Below the pieces are notes generated by a model. It had not been told where the DNA came from. It saw nothing but the letters and a program-made list of their open reading frames with translations, and made no database searches. The position numbers and the translations under genes are program-made. A stretch of 64,000 nt of DNA from Eledone cirrhosa (lineage: Eukaryota). The stretch is taken from NCBI GenBank assembly GCA_964016885.1, contig OZ024758.1:4712001-4776000 (forward strand), written 5' to 3'. Shown here piece after piece: positions 28,072 to 41,082 of the stretch; within the stretch, counting starts at the first letter, position 1; each line of letters opens with the position of its first letter.

Positions 28072-28339
28072 TATATATATATATATGCATATATATATAT
28101 ATGCATATATATATGCATATATATATATATATGCATATATATATATATATGCATATATGCATATATATATATATATATGCATATATATATATATATGCAT
28201 ATATGCATATATATATATGCATATATATATATATATGCATATATGCATATATATATATATATATATGTATATATGCATATATATATGTATATATATATAT
28301 ATATGTATATATATGCATATATATATGCATATATATATG

Positions 28340-28399
<60 letters not shown>

Positions 28400-28478
28400 T
28401 GTATATATATGCATATATATATGCATATATATATATGCATATATATATATATATGTATATATATGCATATATATATGC

Positions 28479-28528
<50 letters not shown>

Positions 28529-28565
28529 GCATATATATATGCATATATATATGCATATATATATG

Positions 28566-28596
<31 letters not shown>

Positions 28597-28597
28597 G

Positions 28598-28628
<31 letters not shown>

Positions 28629-28693
28629 GTATATATATATATATGTATATGCATCTATATATGTATATGCATCTATATATGTATATATACATA

Positions 28694-28738
<45 letters not shown>

Positions 28739-28825
28739 GTACATGTGTATATATACATTTATATATATATATACATGTGTATATATACATTTATATATAT
28801 ATATGCATATATATATATATATATT
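27770..28825. repeat. (TA)n/(TATGCA) microsatellite
   Basis: Direct reading. Confidence 0.97.
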
Positions 28826-29086
28826 GCGTGTGTTTGCGTGCGAGTAACCATATGATTAAGATGTTCAATTGCCAACCAGGCAGTAAGTCGTTCGAACCAA
28901 CTGCGTAGAATCCTAGGCACGTATTTTCTACTTCAGCTGCCAGGCTATACTCCATGTATAACGTGAAGTGACCAAAGTTAAAGGTACTCATAACTTTAGT
29001 GGAGAATAGGTATCTTTGTTTTACTATAGAATTGGCTCTTCAGGACTACAACTGTTTCATTCGTACGAAATCACCAGGAATTATAA

Positions 29087-29118
<32 letters not shown>

Positions 29119-29210
29119 TGTGTATATGTTGGTTGTTTACCGACACCTCAGTATGCATATTTGAGCACTCGATGAAGTACGCAGGTTGGTTTGTTTACTC
29201 CGGAGTAATG

Positions 29211-29298
29211 TAAAATAATTAAGTCAAATAGGTAAAATTTGCCTTCGTTTATACGTTTATAAACGAAGCCAAATTTGAACTATTTGACTTAATTATTT

Positions 29299-29300
<2 letters not shown>
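29211..29300. repeat. ~43-bp inverted repeat between (TA)n tracts
   Basis: taaaataatttaagtcaaatagg..cttcgtttat / ataaacgaag..ctatttgacttaattatttta. Confidence 0.8.
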
Positions 29301-29366
<66 letters not shown>

Positions 29367-29451
29367 ATTAACACAAGTATTGACCACGTTTTGCATATGC
29401 TATTGGCAAATAGCTACATGTATCGCCTATCTCTTCTCTCTCCCGATACTC

Positions 29452-29506
<55 letters not shown>

Positions 29507-29806
29507 CAGGGCTCTCCTGATGATTTCCTTCATATGAAACAGTTCTAGTCCACTAGAAGCCAATTCTATATTAAAAGTTTATACTCTATGTATTGAGTAT
29601 CTTACTCACTGGTTATCCGCGATTGGACCCAGGATACACACACACACACACACACACAATATATATATATATGATGAAAATACACACACAATATATGATG
29701 AAAATGTTTCATTTGAAGGAAAATATTTTCTATTAGTTGAAAGTAGAGGACATTGCTACAGTTAAACTATTGTGAATGAATATCTATATACTACGTAAAC
29801 ATATTC

Positions 29807-30222
29807 GCTTCTATATATACCCAGTTAAAGGTTTACATTCACTTTACGCCCATATACATAGATAAGCGTCTATATGTTCCCAGTTAATGAAAGGTTTACA
29901 TTCGTTATACACCTATATAAATAGAGAAGCTTCTATATATATCCAGTTAAAGGTTTATATTCCTTATACTCCCATATGCATAGAGAAGCTCCTATATATA
30001 GCCAGTTATTGAAATGTTTACATTCTTTATACACCCATATGCATACAGAAACTTCTATATATACCCACTTAAAGGTTTGCATTTATTCTACACCCATATT
30101 CATGCAGAAGCTTCTATATATACCCAGTTAATGGTTTACATTCATTTTACATCCATATTCATGCAGAAGCTTCTATATATACCCAGTTAATTAATAGTTT
30201 ACATTTCTTATACACCCGTATA
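29807..30222. repeat. ~60-bp diverged minisatellite x7
   Basis: gcttctatatatacccagttaaaggtttacattc..cccatat recurs about every 60 bp. Confidence 0.85.
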
Positions 30223-30879
30223 CATTCATAATGGAGATTTTATATATTTTACCTCAATTTATTGAAACAAAAATTCTGAAATTAGCTCATGAAAGGCTCG
30301 TGACATATCTTTTCCATTTGAAATTTTCTCTTGTTTTTTTTCTTAACCAAAGAAAACCCTCTTAACAATTTCTGTTACTGTTTCTTTGTACTGAACATAT
30401 TTTGTATTTTATTCTTTTGTATTTATACTATTAAGAGAGAAAAGACTGCAGAACCTCCTTACTGAAACATCAGTATACGTATCGAAGTATCGAATATTTT
30501 GTAATGTGTCTGAATCTTAATTATGGTGAAGAAGAAAAACATTGTTAGAGTAAAAATATTTCGAGATGGCATTTGATTAATAATTAAGGATTCTTTTATT
30601 TTCAACCATTGGGAGAAGTGAATTGTTCCAGCAACCTGTCAAAACTAGCTCAATATGATGAGGCATATGCATTTTTTATTACTAATTTGCAGCCAATTTA
30701 TTAACACGGTTACTTCAATAGATATCAGCAAATATATATGTGTGAAGACATTTCTGTGTTTACGTATAATGTTGTTTAAGCATACGAGGTCTGTGACAGT
30801 TTTCATTCCCATTGCAATAGTTCTCTTCATTCTATGGATGGTCCATAGCCGACAATTGTCCAAATAGGGATGAGATTAC

Positions 30880-31140
30880 CCTGGCTAACCTCCTATGACT
30901 ACCTGCACGGATATGATAGCATTCTTCGTTATATAACAAAATCTGCGACTAACCAAGGTTCTGCTGCACTTAGGGCTGAGGAGGGCAAACTCTCCAAGTA
31001 TCTGTCGCTCTCCGACAGCTTTGTGTTCGTGTCCCTAGAAGTGGAGACTCCTGGCGTCCTTGGGCTACATCCTTACTTACCACCATAGGCCCTAAGCTGG
31101 CCAGCCGCAGGTGGGAGCCTCGCGAGATGGAATGGCTTTA
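30880..31140 (+). mobile_element. CRE-like non-LTR retrotransposon, restriction-like endonuclease fragment
   Basis: YDY(T)CTD .. SAALRAEEGKLSKYLSLSDSFVFVSLEVETPGVLG matches the RLE pattern D.TC.D / AE..K..KY / P.AVET.G. Confidence 0.75.
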
Positions 31141-31150
31141 TTTTGATGAA

Positions 31151-31290
31151 ATACTTTATTTTATCGACCCCGGAAGGATGAAAGGCAAAGTTAACCTCGG
31201 CGGGATTTCAACTCAGACCGTAAAGTGCCGTAACTCTATGCTACAAAGTACGGTGTCTGAGCCTCTACCGATACTGGCAATCCACCGCCC
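31151..31290 (-). mobile_element. SINE family 1
   Basis: Head and core present, tail absent. Confidence 0.85.
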
Positions 31291-32094
31291 TCACCATTAA
31301 AAAATAATACAATGAAGAATACAATATGATTGGATTTGAAATGGATGTCACAACTATTTCTAGCATCTTAAGCAAATGTGTAAGGTTTCTCTTGTTCCTA
31401 AGCTTTAGACAATTAAGACCGAATAGATTTACATCTTTAATCATAGAATACATTTTATCCATAACTACTAATCTATATCGCAAGGGCAATAAGAATGAGG
31501 TTGGTTTACAGACGCCCATGGTTTTGAGGAGGGTTTTTTTTTTAGTATAAAAATTACATACATTAAATAAAATACATACAACCGAGAATCGAATCATTGT
31601 GACAGATTTGGCAAAGCAGATGTTTATCTCTGCTATACATCACTGGAAGATCCTCTTTAGAACCTGTCCTTAGGCTTAGTGAAAGGATGGTTCGTTAGCT
31701 ATAAGACTGTAAAGTTGAAACATTCATTAGAATCGTGTCCAATTTACTTAGTTCAATATCAATGCAATCTTGTGATGCTTAAAAGACAATTTAGAAACGA
31801 TGTGGTAGGTTATTAGTCATCAGTGAAAGATTACTCTTGAAAAAAAATACTGTAGTTAATTAAGCAACCTTACAAATTAGTAACTCATCAAATCCATTCG
31901 GTCTTATTAAGCATACTTAACGGACATTATAATGACTTAATCAATTTCGAAATCAAGAATTCTATGAATGTTATCTATGCTCCTATCCATAGAAAAGTAT
32001 CTTTATTCGAAAAATAATTAGCGATTTGTCTTCGGTATTGAGCTATGGCTGGTTAGCAAAATACCCAAACTTTCGGCAACCTACGTACTGGTGT

Positions 32095-32292
32095 TACTAC
32101 TTCTGTTACTGCTGCTGTTACTGCTGTTACTGCTGTTACTGCTGTTGTTACTGCTGTTGTTATTGCTGTTGTTACTGCTGTTGTTACTGCTGTTGTTACT
32201 GCTGTTGTTACTGCTGTTGTTACTGCTGTTGTTACTGCTGTTGTTACTGCTGTTGTTACTGCTGTTGTTACTGCTGTTGTTACTGCTGTTGT
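32095..32292. repeat. (CTGTTGTTACTG)n 12-bp repeat
   Basis: Direct reading. Confidence 0.95.
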
Positions 32293-33344
32293 TTACAGTG
32301 TTAATCATTTTATTTTTATCATTATTTTGTGAGAAACCTTGACTGTTCATTCATGGTTGTTTATCAGTCGGGGAAAACAATGTTTTGCTAATTCCCGTCA
32401 GTATTTACACTTTTGTAGAAATGTGTTCCAACTTAGCTGAGACTGCTTTACTAGTGTACACGACTGTTTCATTGCTGTTGTAAACAGAGTTGAGCAAATA
32501 TTGTGGAGAAAGAAGGAGACATAGCCGGGAGAGATAAAGATGGAGTGAGAAGGTGGGAAAGTATGAGGTTAGTGAAATATATCGACAGAGGGACAGGCGG
32601 ACAGACGGACAGACAGACAAATAGAGGAACAGATAGACAGACAAACAGATAGACAGAGAGACAAATAATCAGACAGACAGAGACAGGCAGCCAGAGAGAC
32701 AGGCAGACAGGCAGACAGGCAGACAGACAGAGGGACAGACGGACAGAGGGACAGACGGACAGAGGGACAGACAGACAGAGGGACAGACAGACAGAGGGAC
32801 AGACAGACAGAGGGACAGACAGACAGACAGGCAGGCAGGCAGACAGGCAGACAGAAAGGCAGAGAGAGTGACAGACACACAGACGGTCGGGCGGACGGAC
32901 AAACACGTAAATACAGATACAAAGAAATGAAGAACGAGAGAATGATTAAACGAATAAACGAATAAACGAATAAACGAATGAAAAGATGAAGAAATAAAGA
33001 AACAAAGACCATATATTAAAAGGAAGAGAACGGTGAGAAAGATCAGCCATTTTCCTTTAGGTTAAAAGGAATTATCTGTTATGGTGAATCACAAACGAAA
33101 TTTGGGAGTGTCTAAGTTTTCTGATTACCAATCTCACTACAATAACTAATCCTGTTTTTCTTTTTTCTCAAATTTTTTAAAATTTGGTACGTGGCGGCCT
33201 AATAAATCTACATTTCTTTACCCCTCCTAGGTTTAATACTCCAAAGAGGTAGCTCAACCTGCAAGAAATAGCAGCCACAAATCGGGGTTTTTTTCTTTCT
33301 TTTTAAAGAAATGAATGACTGGTTGGATAATATCGACAGTCGAT

Positions 33345-33543
33345 CGACTTTCGTCTAATCGGACCGAGGAAACAATGCTTCCATTGGTCTTTCCAATACT
33401 ATCTATCGGTCGCAACGCCAGGTAGAAGGATCAACTTGAAATAAAGTGTCTTACTCAAGGACATAACGCATCACCCGGTCCGGGAATCAAACTCACAACC
33501 TTACGATTGCTAATCCAATTCTCTAACCACTCAGCCACGTGCC
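33345..33543 (-). mobile_element. SINE family 2 with one internal unit
   Basis: Homologous to 3080-3433. Confidence 0.85.
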
Positions 33544-34247
33544 TTCGCAAAGATAATATAGTAGAAGAAATATTATGGAAAATGACTGAAAAAGCGATGG
33601 CTTGAAAGTCTTTGATCATAAGCCTGCTCCGTTATCAATTATTTGCTTAATGGACCGTGAACCATTAAGCACTGTTTCTTTTACATCTCTGAGATTCATG
33701 AAAAGATTAACACACTGCGAAGATTTGGACTTTTTTCGCTCTTTATTTTCTAATCAAATAAAAATGACCTATTGGTTTTCAACTAATATAGAACAGTGTA
33801 ACTTTTTCAATGATGTATTAAAAGGTTTTCTTAACGAAGTCGTTGAGGGGAAATGATTTACCAAGCTACTTATACTCTTAGCCGAAAGGTTAACCTATAA
33901 ACTATATTTATTTATTCATTTTTTTACTTGGTCATAATTCGTTACGTGAAAAAACTGAGTCTAGAAACATTGGTCGGAATCTGTGTCGTAAGACAAGTTG
34001 TTGAATAATCAAATTTTTTCCCTGATCTAGCAGTCTTATGAATAAAGGAGTTCCTGCAATGACCATTCCATCTATGTTTTCTCCTGTTTTATTTATTTTT
34101 AAGAGTTCAGAATGTGATTTGTTGGAAATTTAGCTACTATTTCTAGCAGAACAAACGACTACTTAGAAGTTTCCACTTTGCTTTTTGAAAGTGGCTATAT
34201 GTATAAGAGTGTCATTATGGACCACAATAGTTAGGGATAGCTCTGTT

Positions 34248-34645
34248 GCGAGGATGGGTTGACTATGAAGGAGTGATGCTAGAGCTGTGAAATCTCAAAG
34301 TAGGAGGATCGATTAAAATGTTCATAGGCTGACTATGAAGGAGTGATGATAGAGCTGTGAAATCTCGAAGTACGAGGGTCGACTAAATTGTTCATAGGCT
34401 GACTATGAAGGAGTGATGAAAGGGCTGTGAAATCTCGAAGTACGAGGGTCAGCTGAAATGTTCACAGGCTAACTATGAAGGAGTGATGCTAGAGCTGTGA
34501 AATCTTGCATGCAAGATTAGCGGATAAATCTTTCGCCTTTAACTCTTAATAACTACATTGTTTCCTCCCAGGGACTATATTGAAAAATAACCCTCATTTG
34601 GTCATTCCATGAGAGTATCATAGTCACCCTAACATTCAACCCTAG
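34248..34645 (+). mobile_element. mariner-like MITE with 70-bp left end tandemly repeated
   Basis: ta(c/g)gaggRtc..gctgtgaaatct at 34301, 34371 and 34441, plus a partial unit at 34248. Confidence 0.8.
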
Positions 34646-34964
34646 TATTTTGGATAAAACACACAAAAACAATTAAGATGTGACAGTTCTAATCTTCATT
34701 CCTGCATTGAAATATTTCGGTAACAGAAGAACTCAGCCTTCAACAAAGTTTCTCTGCTAGAAATATCATCAACTATGTTTAGAGATTACGTGTGTCTAAC
34801 ACAAGGAAAATGGGAGTTAAATGGTGGATACGGGTTAAGCATTCAGTGTTTACTTGGAAGATGAGATTTCTTGGAGAGAAAACTGTATGAACATATCTGT
34901 TGTTCAGATAAGTCAATAGTTTGATTGTGTTAGAGATATCTAACAACAATCAAATTAACAAAGA

Positions 34965-35335
34965 TACATACACACATACACACACACATATATACTTGCA
35001 TATATATATATATACATATACATACATATATATATACATACATAGACATACATATATATATACATACATAGACATACATATATATATACATACATAGACA
35101 TACATATATATATACATACATAGACATACATATATATACATACATAGACATACATATATATACATACATAGACATATACATATACACATAAATATACATA
35201 TATATACATATACATGTAGATATGTGTATATATATATATATATATGTAGATATATATATATACATATGTGTATATATATATATATAGATATATAGATATA
35301 TACATATGTATATATATATATATATAGATATATAC

Positions 35336-35414
<79 letters not shown>

Positions 35415-35503
35415 TATATACATATATACATATGTATATATATATAGATATATACATATATACATATGTATATATATATATATATAGATATATACATATA
35501 TAC

Positions 35504-35544
<41 letters not shown>

Positions 35545-35721
35545 TATATACATATATACATATCTATATATATATATATATATAGATATATACATATGTA
35601 TATATATATATATATATATAGATATTTACATATGTATATATATATATATAGATATATACATATGTATATATATATAGATATATACATATGTATATATATA
35701 TATATATATATAGATATTTAC

Positions 35722-35753
<32 letters not shown>

Positions 35754-35757
35754 TTAC

Positions 35758-35788
<31 letters not shown>

Positions 35789-36045
35789 GATATATACACA
35801 TATGCATGTAGATATATATATATATATATATATACATATGTATATATATATATATAGATATAGATATATACATACATATGCATACATATATAGATATATA
35901 CATACATATGCATACATACACATACATACATATAGATATATACATACATACACATACATAAATACACACACACACATACATACATACATACATACACATA
36001 CATACATACACACACACACACACATATACATACATATATATACAT
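34965..36045. repeat. compound (TA)/(CATA)/(GATA) microsatellite
   Basis: Direct reading. Confidence 0.97.
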
Positions 36046-36231
36046 AACTGTCTACTTTAGGCACAAGGTCAGCAATTAACCAGTGCATTACTGGTACTTT
36101 ATTTTATCGACCCCGTAAGGATGAAAGGCAAAGTCAACCTCGGCGGGATTTGAACTCAGATCGTAAAGGGCCGTAACTATGCTGGAAAGCATGGCGTCCG
36201 ACCCTCCACTCATACTGCCAATCCACCGCCC
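36046..36231 (-). mobile_element. SINE family 1, full length
   Basis: Near-consensus copy. Confidence 0.9.
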
Positions 36232-36236
36232 TTATA

Positions 36237-36305
36237 TGTAGGCGTGTGTATATATATCAACATATTTATATACAAGCGTCTGAGTATGTGTGAGTTGATG
36301 GCGTG

Positions 36306-36349
<44 letters not shown>

Positions 36350-36443
36350 ATGTATATATATGTACACGCCTTTGCACCATCAACTCACACATACTCAGAC
36401 GCTTGTATATAAATATGTTGATATATATATACACACGCCTACA
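36237..36443. repeat. ~70-bp inverted repeat around a (TA)n core
   Basis: tgtaggcgtgtgta..gagttgatgg / ccatcaactc..tacacacgcctaca. Confidence 0.85.
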
Positions 36444-36656
36444 CATTCTACTGAATCAATCAGTTAGTTGTCTGCAATTCTGGTTAAAAATATAACCAGA
36501 ATACTAATTATTTTCACTTGTGAAATAATTAGAGAAGTAATTATTGTAGATAATTCAGTCTCAATAATTCAGCGACCGATTGAGAAGGATGATAAGATAT
36601 GGTAGGAACAGAAGCATTCACATTTAGACATTTAGACCGTCAGAAACATACACATG

Positions 36657-36705
<49 letters not shown>

Positions 36706-36739
36706 TTGACTTGTTCTTCTTTTTGGTAAATAACATCTT

Positions 36740-36961
36740 GGTTAAGAGAGTGGGACTGGCTTTGTGCAGTGCCTTTGCTCACTATAAAAGCTTCACGGCA
36801 CAGGCATTGCTTTATATCTGGAGATCTCTCTGCACTTGTCGTCACATGGTACCATGGGCCCAGCACTATGTGTCAATAATTGTCACAAGTGTAGTGTTTG
36901 TACCAGAGTTTTCAAGTCGCTGGCTGGACTAAAAAGTCACACTCGTTCAGCGCATCCATAG
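36740..36961 (+). pseudogene. decayed ORF end with one C2H2 zinc finger, probably an RTE-type LINE C-terminus
   Basis: 36884-36961 translates HKCSVCTRVFKSLAGLKSHTRSAHP* (C-x2-C-x3-F-x5-L-x2-H-x4-H); the upstream frame is broken. Confidence 0.55.
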
Positions 36962-37039
36962 TTTGCCTTGGTGGCCCTTGAAATATGTATAATGAAATAA
37001 ATATGGTTTTATAAATATAGTTTCCATTTGTTAATATAT

Positions 37040-37045
<6 letters not shown>
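36962..37045 (+). mobile_element. family A fragment starting inside hammerhead stem II
   Basis: cttggtggccctt-GAAA-tatgta-TA-atgaaata-aatatggttttataaatatagtttcc. Confidence 0.65.
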
Positions 37046-37073
<28 letters not shown>

Positions 37074-37076
<3 letters not shown>

Positions 37077-37278
37077 CGTTTCTGAATTTGTTTCAGAGTG
37101 TGTGACGAAAGGACTATGACTATATATAAACAACTATCTGGTTGTGGAACCAACCAACCAACCAGAAATTTATAAGTTTGTAGATTTGTAAATTTATAAA
37201 TATATAATAAATTGAAGTGAAAGCAAGTGGTGCGTGTGTTTCTTATTGACAACATGACCCTCCCAAAGTATAACAATA
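37074..37278. mobile_element. family E inverted-truncated insertion in (TA)n
   Basis: Minus-oriented tail, then plus-oriented cagagtgTGTGAC-GAAA-ggac-TA-tgac; junction at stem II. Confidence 0.65.
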
Positions 37279-37398
37279 TATATATATATATATATATATA
37301 CACTGAAGTAAAGGTTAAGTGGAAATATCCAAGAGTAACAGCACTCAGTCTAGGACGAATTTAGTATAAGGGTTCATCTTGTTTTTTAATTTCTCATG

Positions 37399-37448
37399 AC
37401 AGGCTAAAGAAATTGGGGCCCAGAACCCAACGAAACTTGAGTACCTAT
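37399..37448 (+). ncRNA. decayed hammerhead motif
   Basis: acagg-CTAAAGA(G5>A)-aaTTGGG..CCCAAc-GAAA-cttgag-TA-cctat, between (TA)n tracts. Confidence 0.4.
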
Positions 37449-37464
37449 TTATGTTACTGTTGTA

Positions 37465-37531
<67 letters not shown>

Positions 37532-38394
37532 AATTAGTGCATAATACACAATAACGAATTTGGAGCCAGTCTGAAGAATAGAGAAGTAGGATTAATCCAT
37601 TGTTTGCCCTGCATATTAGAATAAATACACATATTCTATCTGCTGTGATAACAGTAGCTAATTATAGTATCTACAAACTAGAACATATTTAAAGCAGGTA
37701 ATTTAATTTACAAAACAGTGCATGCGTTGATACTTTTGCTTAATTAATTCATTAAAATCGCAATAAAAAAAAATATAAAGAATATCTTTCCATAAACTGT
37801 TTCAAATACTTTTATTTGTACTGTATCAATATCTTATTGAAAAGAAAACTAATTTATGTTTATTTCAATCTGTCTGTGATTAGAGAAGAAATAAATGTTA
37901 AATTAACTAATTAAAAACAAATACAGTAAATAAAATAAATATCGTGTTTAATTATTCTTAATTAATGCTAATTATTTTAGAAAATTAAAAATATAAGAGA
38001 GTTAAGAAACCAACTGATATTCTCTCCCTGGCAGTGACCAACTAATGAGAGAGATATTTACATTGAAGATATAAACAGCATTTTGGATAATTTGAAATGA
38101 AAGGTAATAAATCTTGTAAGAAAACTTTGTTTTGCTGTGGAATCTTTTCATCTTTCCATACACAGAAACGTTTAGATGAAAACATATTTTTGAAATATAA
38201 GCATGTATCGCATTTTAAATATGTAATTCCTGAGGGAGTCGAGGAGGCCCTGTATTGACAAACGGCGTTTCCAGGGCTTTTCTTTTTAAATTGACGGAGC
38301 CCATCTCCTGTTCAAGTCTGAATACAGAAGATTTCTTCCAGAGATGGATAGAGAAGAAGAAAATGAAAGTGAGTAAAAGATATAGAGGAAGAAT

Positions 38395-38550
38395 CGATCC
38401 CAGTACAAGACTGGTATTTTTTCATCTACATTGAAAGGATGAAAGGCAAAGTTGACCTCGGTGGGATTTGAACTCAGAGTAGATAACTGAAACAAATACC
38501 GCAACGTATTCTATCCGACGTGCTAATTAATGATTCTGCTAATTCCCCAC
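38395..38550 (-). mobile_element. SINE family 1, diverged
   Basis: aggatgaaaggcaaagttgacctcggtgggatttgaactcag. Confidence 0.7.
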
Positions 38551-38792
38551 CCAGTTTGAACATATGCCCCATGATACATTGCTCGAAGTTTTAAAGAGTC
38601 TGTCAATTCACCATTTAGTTTGAACATATGCTGAATGGTACATTGCCCTACATTTTAAAGACTGCCACATAACTTGAACATGTGCCTCTTGGTACATTGC
38701 CCGAAGTTTTAAAAACTCTGCGAATTCGCCACCCAGTTTGACCATATGTTGAATGGTACTTTGCCTGATGTTGTAAAAACTCTGACGATTCG
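38551..38792. repeat. ~60-bp tandem repeat x4
   Basis: ttgaacatatgc..ggtacattgcc..ttttaaa recurs. Confidence 0.7.
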
Positions 38793-39099
38793 CGGTCTAA
38801 ACATGCCATTTAATGTCTAATTAGTTCGGCGTTTCAGCATTGTGTATTTCCATAGGTATTTACTTACTGTGCTCCTGCATGCGTGGAATAGGAACTTAGG
38901 ACTCTTCGACCTCATAGATAGATTAGACATAATATTTGGGTTGCCACTTGCCGTGATTAAGACTGATAAATAGTATAAGATCGAACTTGGAGCAATATTG
39001 ATTTTTCTTTGAATAGTGATTTACTGAGATTAAATATTGTGGACGAATAATTTTGCCTCTCATTTATTCGAGCCTGATTAAATATATACACATGTAACA

Positions 39100-39181
39100 T
39101 AGTTGTTTCTACTTTAGGCACAAGGCCAGCAATTACCCAGTGCATTACTGGTACTTTATTTTATCGACCCCGTAAGGATGA
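39100..39181 (-). mobile_element. SINE family 1, 5' truncated
   Basis: Tail and core only. Confidence 0.8.
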
Positions 39182-39199
39182 ACATAGTGATGTCTAGAA

Positions 39200-39535
39200 T
39201 ATTAAGGTGTGCACTTAGAATTAACTGGCCAGTACACAGCTCAAATGAATCTGTCCTGGAAGAGATTGGTGCTAATCGGCAATTGGTTGAAACACTAAAG
39301 AAAAGGAAACTTCAGTATTTTGGTCATGTTATCAGGGCCCAAACTTTGACTACCCACATCCCTGAGGGTCAAATACAGGGGAAAAGGGCCAGGGGGCGGC
39401 AGAAAAGGAAATGGACAGATGATATTAAGGAATGGACAGGAAGGAGTTTAGAGGAATGTAAGGCAATGGCAACAGACAGGAAAACATGAAGAGTGTTGGT
39501 CCACGATTCCATGACCCCACGATATGAGGATGAGA
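39200..39535 (+). mobile_element. RTE (BovB-like) LINE 3' end (family R1)
   Basis: LRINWPVHSSNESVLEEIG..KKRKLQYFGHVIRA..EGQIQGKRARGRQKRKWTDDIKEWTG..ATDRKT, a typical RTE ORF C-terminus. Confidence 0.9.
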
Positions 39536-40203
39536 GGAGGCTATAGGCCGTGAAAAATAGATTTAGACAGAGAAATGAATCTAGGAAATTTTTTTGTAAT
39601 TGCGACAGAAGCTACTTCAATATGTTTTATAATGGCGACACAAACGTTTGTTACTACAGCTAGTACTGTTAATTATCGATTACATTGATAGTTCATTATC
39701 GTTTTGTTTATTGTTTATTGGATATACGAACTCAATCATGTTTGATTTCCATCAATTAATGACTTTTCGGAACAATAAATTTGGTTTTCTTTCATTTGTT
39801 TCGCCTGCAATTGATATAGTTACAAGCTGAAACTAAATGTCTCTATTTTAGTAGTAAATACGATTGAACGCGTTCTTAACTGGTATTACTAAATATAATC
39901 AACGAACAAACGACCAAGTATTGGTCTTTTATTTAGTCCCCACCAATAAAATCCATAAATGACACTCTAATTAACAGATTTATAGTTTTGTTAATACTCT
40001 TGTACTTACTAATTTCCTTAAGTTCAAACATTTCATCCTTCCAAATAAATGATGTCAAATACTAAATATCGACCTTTGGTTTCTGGGTCAAGTAAATTAA
40101 TAATGTTTTAAAGTGATCTCATGTCCTCAACTAGCCTTTCATTCTCTCGCATCATATCATTTCGCCAATTAGTTTAGTCAAAGCTTGTATACATCAATAA
40201 TTA

Positions 40204-40394
40204 ATTTGGTAATAAACAACATAAGATAATTATTCCATTTACCAAAGGTTTCACGAAGACAGACGAGCTCAACAGAGACGTCTGAAATCGCTCATCATTA
40301 TGAAAATTTAATAAGCGATTTCAGGCGTCTCTGTTGAGCTCGTCTGTCTTTGTGAAACCTTTGGTAAATGGAATAATTGTCTTATGTTGTTTAT
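40204..40394. mobile_element. palindromic element (family B) with 14-bp TSD and near-complete hammerhead
   Basis: Arms 40209-40292 / 40314-40397; tacatcaataatta at 40190-40203 and 40395-40408. Minus strand: aTGATGA-gcga..CAGACG..CGTCTG..tcgt-GAAA-cctttgg-TA. Confidence 0.75.
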
Positions 40395-40615
40395 TACATC
40401 AATAATTATACAGACAAACCGCTCGATATTCTTTTTTTAATTACTAATCCATCTCTACTGTCAGACAACAATATTTATACCAAGTTGGATCTGAATGTTG
40501 GTATCTGAACTTATGCAGATTCTAATCATGCACAATTCACCAACCACACCTGAATATTGGCTAAAAGAAATCCATTTTGGGATTACTATAAATTTTCTTC
40601 TACATAGCTTTAGAT

Positions 40616-40908
40616 CAGAGGCGTGTAACAGGCAGCCCGTGGGCCACTATCCGACCTGACAGACCAGTCAGAGTGTCCCGCGATGACCGTTTTTAATTTT
40701 TACCTTGTAGTCTTGTTTAGAATTTTTTTCGTAACCGTAATACAATTTTCTGATAGGATTATGTGTGTTATAATTTCCCTGTTTCATGTTATGGAGGAAA
40801 GAAATTGTGGTGAACTTTGGAATATTTATCTTAATAAATATTAATGGCCCTAATACTTGTCCCAATATTCAAAAGTGACCCGCCAATGGAATATGTTGCA
40901 TATTCCTG
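40616..40908. mobile_element. hAT (Charlie-like) MITE
   Basis: Imperfect TIRs cagaggcgtgtaac / gttgcatattcctg; exact 8-bp TSD ctttagat at 40608-40615 and 40909-40916. Confidence 0.8.
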
Positions 40909-41082
40909 CTTTAGATTAATCTACTGAAGGAATCGTTCTCCGAGCTATTCCATCACTAGAATTTGTTCGACCCACCTTCGTTTCGTATTCAGGTAGTCTA
41001 ACTCACTTCCCTGAAATCATTACTATCAGTAACATAATTGTTTACAATTTCGGAAACCAATCGTTTCTATCCCTTAGTGATT

